Shown here one piece after another: positions 59,855 to 64,000 of a DNA stretch of 64,000 bases. Made by a program: the position numbers and the translations under genes. Under the pieces are notes generated by a model. The model saw only the letters and a program-made list of their open reading frames with translations, had not been told where the DNA came from and searched no databases. This stretch comes from Gammaproteobacteria bacterium (GTDB lineage: Bacteria > Pseudomonadota > Gammaproteobacteria > Ga0077536). The number at the start of each line of letters is the position of its first letter. Position 1 is the stretch's first letter. The DNA lies in the NCBI GenBank assembly GCA_963662545.2, contig CAXXLL010000003.1, positions 1,536,001-1,600,000 on the forward strand, read 5' to 3'.

Positions 59855-59955
59855 AACCACAGAGATCACAGAACACACAGAGAAATACATTATGATTATT
59901 ATCTGTAAGCGGTCTTTTTTTCCTTTTCTCTGTGTCCTCTGTGATCTCTGTGGTT
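59855..59955. repeat. Inverted repeat built from 9-bp-period CACAGA(G) units around an AT-rich spacer
   Basis: AACCACAGAGATCACAGAACACACAGAGAAA ... TTTCTCTGTGTCCTCTGTGATCTCTGTGGTT. Confidence 0.8.
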
Positions 59956-60009
59956 CATTGTGACCGTGTTTGGGGGCTTGGGGGATAAGAACTAACCTAT
60001 GATCCTCGG

Positions 60010-60882
60010 CTAATTCGAGCCGGCGAGCGGCTCCTTCGGAACCGGTTCTTTACGGATGACTCGTAGGAGGCGAACCCGACGCCTGTCGGCGCGCAAGATC
60101 TTGAATTCGAAATTTGAGAATTCCAGCTCCTCTCCGCGATGGGGAAGATGTCCGAGTTCGTGAATGATGAATCCACCGACCGTTTCGTAATCCTTCGCCT
60201 CCCAGTTTGTTTGGAAATATTCGTTGAATTCTTCTATCGGTGTACGCGCTTTCACCGTGTAACGGTCGTCGCGGTGGCGCTTGATGTTGTCCTCTTCCGC
60301 CGGATCGTGTTCGTCATCGATCTCACCGACGATTTGCTCGATCACGTCCTCGATGGTAACAAGACCTGAAATACTGCCGTATTCGTCGACAACTATCGCG
60401 AGGTGATTTCTCCGTTCGCGGAATTCCCGCAGGAGAATGTTCAAGCGTTTGCTTTCCGGCACGAAAACGACTGGGCGGATCATATCTCGAATAACAAATT
60501 TGTTTTGCGTATCGGCAGCCAGGGACAACAGGTCCTTGGCAAGCAATATACCGAGAACATGCTCGCGCTTGTCATCATAGACAGGGAATCGTGAATGCCC
60601 GGAATCGATAATTTCCGGAAGAAATTCGGCGGGCTTCGAGTCTTCCTCGATAAATACAATCTCGGATCGGGGAACCATGATGTCGCGTACCTGAATTTCC
60701 GACACCAGCAGCGCGCCTTCCATCATCGCAACGGTATCCGTGTCGATGACGTGCCTTTCTTCGGCGTCATGCAGCTTGTCAACGAGCTGCATTCGATTAT
60801 CGCGCCTGACTCTGACGGCGCTCAGAAGGCGTCGAAATAACGCCTGTATCCGCCGGGGTCCCCTCGATTGACCGTCGGTCAT
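60010..60882 (-). CDS. corC: Mg/Co transport-associated CBS-domain protein CorC
   Basis: VRDIMVPR, SGHSRFPV, FVPESK, VDEYG..SGLVTIED.IEQIVG and C-terminal CorC/HlyC domain. Confidence 0.94.
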   Translation of the reverse strand: MTDGQSRGPRRIQALFRRLLSAVRVRRDNRMQLVDKLHDAEERHVIDTDTVAMMEGALLVSEIQVRDIMVPRSEIVFIEEDSKPAEFLPEIIDSGHSRFPVYDDKREHVLGILLAKDLLSLAADTQNKFVIRDMIRPVVFVPESKRLNILLREFRERRNHLAIVVDEYGSISGLVTIEDVIEQIVGEIDDEHDPAEEDNIKRHRDDRYTVKARTPIEEFNEYFQTNWEAKDYETVGGFIIHELGHLPHRGEELEFSNFEFKILRADRRRVRLLRVIRKEPVPKEPLAGSN

Positions 60883-60891
60883 TGATTCAAC

Positions 60892-61413
60892 TTACGCAAA
60901 TTTCGGATCCGGATATCCCATATCCGAGAGAATCGCGCGTTCTTTGTCCTCCATTTCACGAGCTTGAGATTCTTTTTCGTGATCGAACCCCAAAAGATGC
61001 AGAATTCCATGCACGATCAAATGCGCCCAGTGCGCCTTGCGCGCAATGCCGTTCGCGTCGGCTTCAGCATTCGCTAGCGCGATGCAAATGACGACGTCGC
61101 CCAGCAGGTCAGGCACGGCATGTTCCAGCCCCTCAACGGGAAACGATAACACATTGGTCGGCTTGTTTATTCCGCGCCAACGCCTGTTGAGTTCGCATGA
61201 TTCTTCGGTGTCTACAAGGCGAATGGTCAATTCCGCGTGATTGCGGAACGATGACAAAACACGCCTCGCGCAATCCTCGAAAAAGATCGTCTCGGGAATA
61301 TCCAGTGCAGTCGATCCGATTTGCAGATCAAGATCGACCGTGCAGGGCGGCTCGTGACTCACTTTCGATGGCGGTGGTCCGGTGTTTTGCTCATCGTTCG
61401 CCGTCTTCTTCAT
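60892..61413 (-). CDS. ybeY: rRNA maturation endoribonuclease YbeY
   Basis: LN..WRG..KPTNVLSF and HLIVHGILHLLGFDH motifs. Confidence 0.96.
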   Translation of the reverse strand: MKKTANDEQNTGPPPSKVSHEPPCTVDLDLQIGSTALDIPETIFFEDCARRVLSSFRNHAELTIRLVDTEESCELNRRWRGINKPTNVLSFPVEGLEHAVPDLLGDVVICIALANAEADANGIARKAHWAHLIVHGILHLLGFDHEKESQAREMEDKERAILSDMGYPDPKFA

Positions 61414-61420
61414 GGCCTAG

Positions 61421-61582
61421 GGCACCTCTGAATAAGTTAAGGTGCGGGTGAATGGTGCATGAAATCGCGCAGATCAAGGCACGAATCGCAGCCCCTAGCG
61501 GGGACTATTGGCAAGATTCGTAACGTTAGGCTCCGCGATTTCAAGCGCAAGGCAAGTGTGCCATAACTTATTCAAAGGTTTC
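61421..61582. repeat. Family A element copy 5, overlapping the 3' end of the PhoH-family gene
   Basis: CTAG-GGCACCTCTGAATAAGTTAAGG ... CCATAACTTATTCAAAGGTTTC; supplies the last codons (GNL*) of the phoH-like ORF. Confidence 0.85.
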
Positions 61583-62540
61583 CCAGATCTTCCGATTTTT
61601 CATGCGCAGCGTATGCATCTAGAATGCGGGCCACCAACGTATGCCGGACCACATCTCGAGAATGGAAAAATGTAAAGCTGATTCCCTGCACATTATTCAG
61701 GATGTCGATTATGTGCTTCAATCCAGAAGTCCGGCCGCGTGGCAGGTCAATTTGAGTGACATCTCCAGTAACGACCGTTTTTGAGCCGAACCCGAGGCGT
61801 GTAAGAAACATTTTCATTTGCTCAATGGTCGTATTTTGAGCTTCATCCAATATGATGAATGATTCATTCAGTGTCCGGCCGCGCATAAAAGCCAGCGGTG
61901 TAACTTCGATGACGTTTCGCTCGATCAGCTTTGCAACGCGCTCGAATCCCAACATCTCATAGAGCGCGTCGTATAACGGGCGCAGGTATGGATCGACTTT
62001 CTGTGCCATGTCCCCAGGTAAGAACCCGAGGCGTTCGCCGGCCTCTACGGCGGGCCTGACCAGACAGACGCGCCTCACGGTTTCGGCCTCGAGGGCGGCG
62101 ACCGCGCAAGCCACTGCAAGATAGGTTTTACCAGTACCTGCCGGCCCCACGCCAAAGCTGATGTCATTCATCCGGATAGCTTCGAGATATCGGCGCTGGT
62201 TTTCGCCTCGCGGTCGGATCAGTGCCCGCCGGGTTCGAATCGATTCGTCGCCCTCACCCGCTGGTTGATCTTCATTTTCGGAACTTCGTAGTTCGAGGTG
62301 TACATCTGTCGGGGAGAGCGTTTTCGTTTCGGTCAACGAATATAGTTGTCGAATGACGTGCTCGGTTGCGACGACGTCGTCGTCGGTACCCGTCAACTTG
62401 AATTGATTTCCCCGGTTCCCGATTTCCACGCCGGTGCGGCGCTCGAGAAGTCGCAAATGCTCGTCGAATTGGCCGCACAGGTTGGCCAAGCGCTCATTGT
62501 CGGCCGGCTCGAGGGTAACTTCGATTGCTAAGATGCTCAC
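61572..62540 (-). CDS. ybeZ: PhoH-family ATPase
   Basis: GPAGTGKT, RPAVEAGE.LGFLPG, MRGRT, DEAQN and DVVRH motifs. Confidence 0.95.
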   Translation of the reverse strand: MSILAIEVTLEPADNERLANLCGQFDEHLRLLERRTGVEIGNRGNQFKLTGTDDDVVATEHVIRQLYSLTETKTLSPTDVHLELRSSENEDQPAGEGDESIRTRRALIRPRGENQRRYLEAIRMNDISFGVGPAGTGKTYLAVACAVAALEAETVRRVCLVRPAVEAGERLGFLPGDMAQKVDPYLRPLYDALYEMLGFERVAKLIERNVIEVTPLAFMRGRTLNESFIILDEAQNTTIEQMKMFLTRLGFGSKTVVTGDVTQIDLPRGRTSGLKHIIDILNNVQGISFTFFHSRDVVRHTLVARILDAYAAHEKSEDLGNL

Positions 62541-63884
62541 TTATGCCGTTTCGTCACAAAGCGCGAGAATATTACCGCGCAATGAGTTCGGCAGAGCTTC
62601 GGCAATTTCTATATCGACGAATTCGCCGATAAGCGAAGACTCTCCTGGGAAATTTACGACGCGGTTGTTCTCAGTCCTCCCGCTGAGTTCTTCGGGATTC
62701 TTTTTGGATATTCCCGTTACGAGTACCTGCTCGACATTACCAATCATTTTTTCGCTGTAACAATCGGCTAATTCGGTAATACGGCGTTGAAGAATCGCAA
62801 GTCGATGCTGCTTCTCTTCGGTCCTTACGCCGTCGGGAAGGGCCGCCGCTGGCGTTCCCGGGCGAGGGCTGTAAATGAAACTGAAAGACTGATCGAATTC
62901 GACTTCATTGATCAAATCCATCGTGGCGTCGAAATCTTCCTGGTTTTCTCCGGGAAACCCAATGATGAAATCCGAGGACACTGAAATACCAGGTCGCGCG
63001 AGCTTGAGCCGCTTAATGATCGATTTGTACTCCAATGCGGTATGTCCACGCTTCATTAACGACAGAATTCGATCGGAACCCGATTGCACCGGAAGATGTA
63101 CATGGCTCACCAGTTTTGGCACGTCTTTGTAAACTTCGATCAAACGATCCGTGAATTCGATCGGATGCGAAGTGGTGTATCGAATCCTCGCCACCCCGTC
63201 GATGCTGGCGACGTAGCGAATCAAGGCCGCCAAATCCATGACCCGACCGTCGTGGGTGATCCCTCGGTAAGCATTGACGTTTTGCCCGAGTAATACGATT
63301 TCGCGGACGCCTTTTCCGGCTAGTTCATAGATCTCGGTGATTACATCGTCGAAAGGGCGGCTGAATTCTTCGCCTCGCGTATAGGGAACGACGCAAAAAC
63401 TGCAATATTTACTGCATCCCTCCATGACGGACACATAAGCGCCTGGTCCTTTGACCTTCGCTTCGGGAAGATTGTCGAATTTTTCAATTTCTGGAAAACT
63501 GACATCGATTACCTGCTCGGCGCCGTTTTCGATTTTCGCAATGAGCGCGGGTAAGCGGTGTAGTGTCTGTGGCCCGAACACAATGTCGACATAGGGCGCG
63601 CGGGCCCATATCTGATCCCCTTCCTGACTCGCAACGCACCCACCGACCCCGATGATTACCTTACGCCCGTTCTCTTTGAGCGGGCGCCACCTGCCGAGTT
63701 CTGAGAACAGCTTTTCCTGAGCCTTTTCTCTCACTGAACAGGTGTTCATCAAAAGAACCTGCGCATGTTCGGGTGCAGACACCCGCACCAGGCCGTGGGT
63801 TCGCTCCAATATGGCTGCCATTTTGTCCGAATCGTATTCGTTCATCTGGCAACCGAACGTCTTTATATACAGTCCCTCAGCCAT
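62541..63884 (-). CDS. miaB: tRNA-2-methylthio-N6-dimethylallyladenosine synthase
   Basis: [25 protein letters not shown], radical [11 protein letters not shown] and C-terminal TRAM domain. Confidence 0.98.
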   Translation of the reverse strand: MAEGLYIKTFGCQMNEYDSDKMAAILERTHGLVRVSAPEHAQVLLMNTCSVREKAQEKLFSELGRWRPLKENGRKVIIGVGGCVASQEGDQIWARAPYVDIVFGPQTLHRLPALIAKIENGAEQVIDVSFPEIEKFDNLPEAKVKGPGAYVSVMEGCSKYCSFCVVPYTRGEEFSRPFDDVITEIYELAGKGVREIVLLGQNVNAYRGITHDGRVMDLAALIRYVASIDGVARIRYTTSHPIEFTDRLIEVYKDVPKLVSHVHLPVQSGSDRILSLMKRGHTALEYKSIIKRLKLARPGISVSSDFIIGFPGENQEDFDATMDLINEVEFDQSFSFIYSPRPGTPAAALPDGVRTEEKQHRLAILQRRITELADCYSEKMIGNVEQVLVTGISKKNPEELSGRTENNRVVNFPGESSLIGEFVDIEIAEALPNSLRGNILALCDETA

Positions 63885-64000
63885 CGCGGTTTTTCATCAA
63901 AGCGTCTCTTGATACGGGTTTATTCAATCTGAAAATTCCATCACGTACACTAAGCTACACTTTATCTTGCACTATTTGAATATCTTCGCGACGCGCGATG

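Overview
GC-rich chromosomal window of a probable gammaproteobacterium, judged from gene order. The core backbone is thiS-thiG-trmB, priA-argS-SPOR, mrcA / pilMNOPQ-aroK-aroB-damX-gltBD, hemE and miaB-phoH-ybeY-corC-lnt. Interspersed accessory modules are: (1) a strongly divergent gcvPA/gcvPB pair with an ATP-NAD-kinase-like gene and no gcvT/gcvH nearby; (2) small catabolic genes (cupin, serine hydrolase, dienelactone hydrolase, MAPEG, SnoaL, P450); (3) dps, an RND pump and a DUF692 (MNIO)/DUF2063 RiPP cluster whose secreted HvfA-like precursor has an atypical Met-rich two-Cys core; (4) a small secreted 6-Cys peptide; (5) a Slam/T11SS-like outer-membrane translocon, a FecR-domain/TbpB-like-barrel cargo candidate and a divergent GT41 glycosyltransferase. 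Also present are one tRNA-Gly(CCC), one complete ISL3 element (8-bp target duplication, A7 frameshift site) and about ten copies of three ~160-bp MITE-like palindromic families at YTAR sites, often on stop codons, with covarying stems. Several genes are broken (in-frame stop, 14-nt duplication, +1 insertion, short deletion), suggesting ongoing decay or assembly error. All assignments come from reading motifs by eye; no searches were run.
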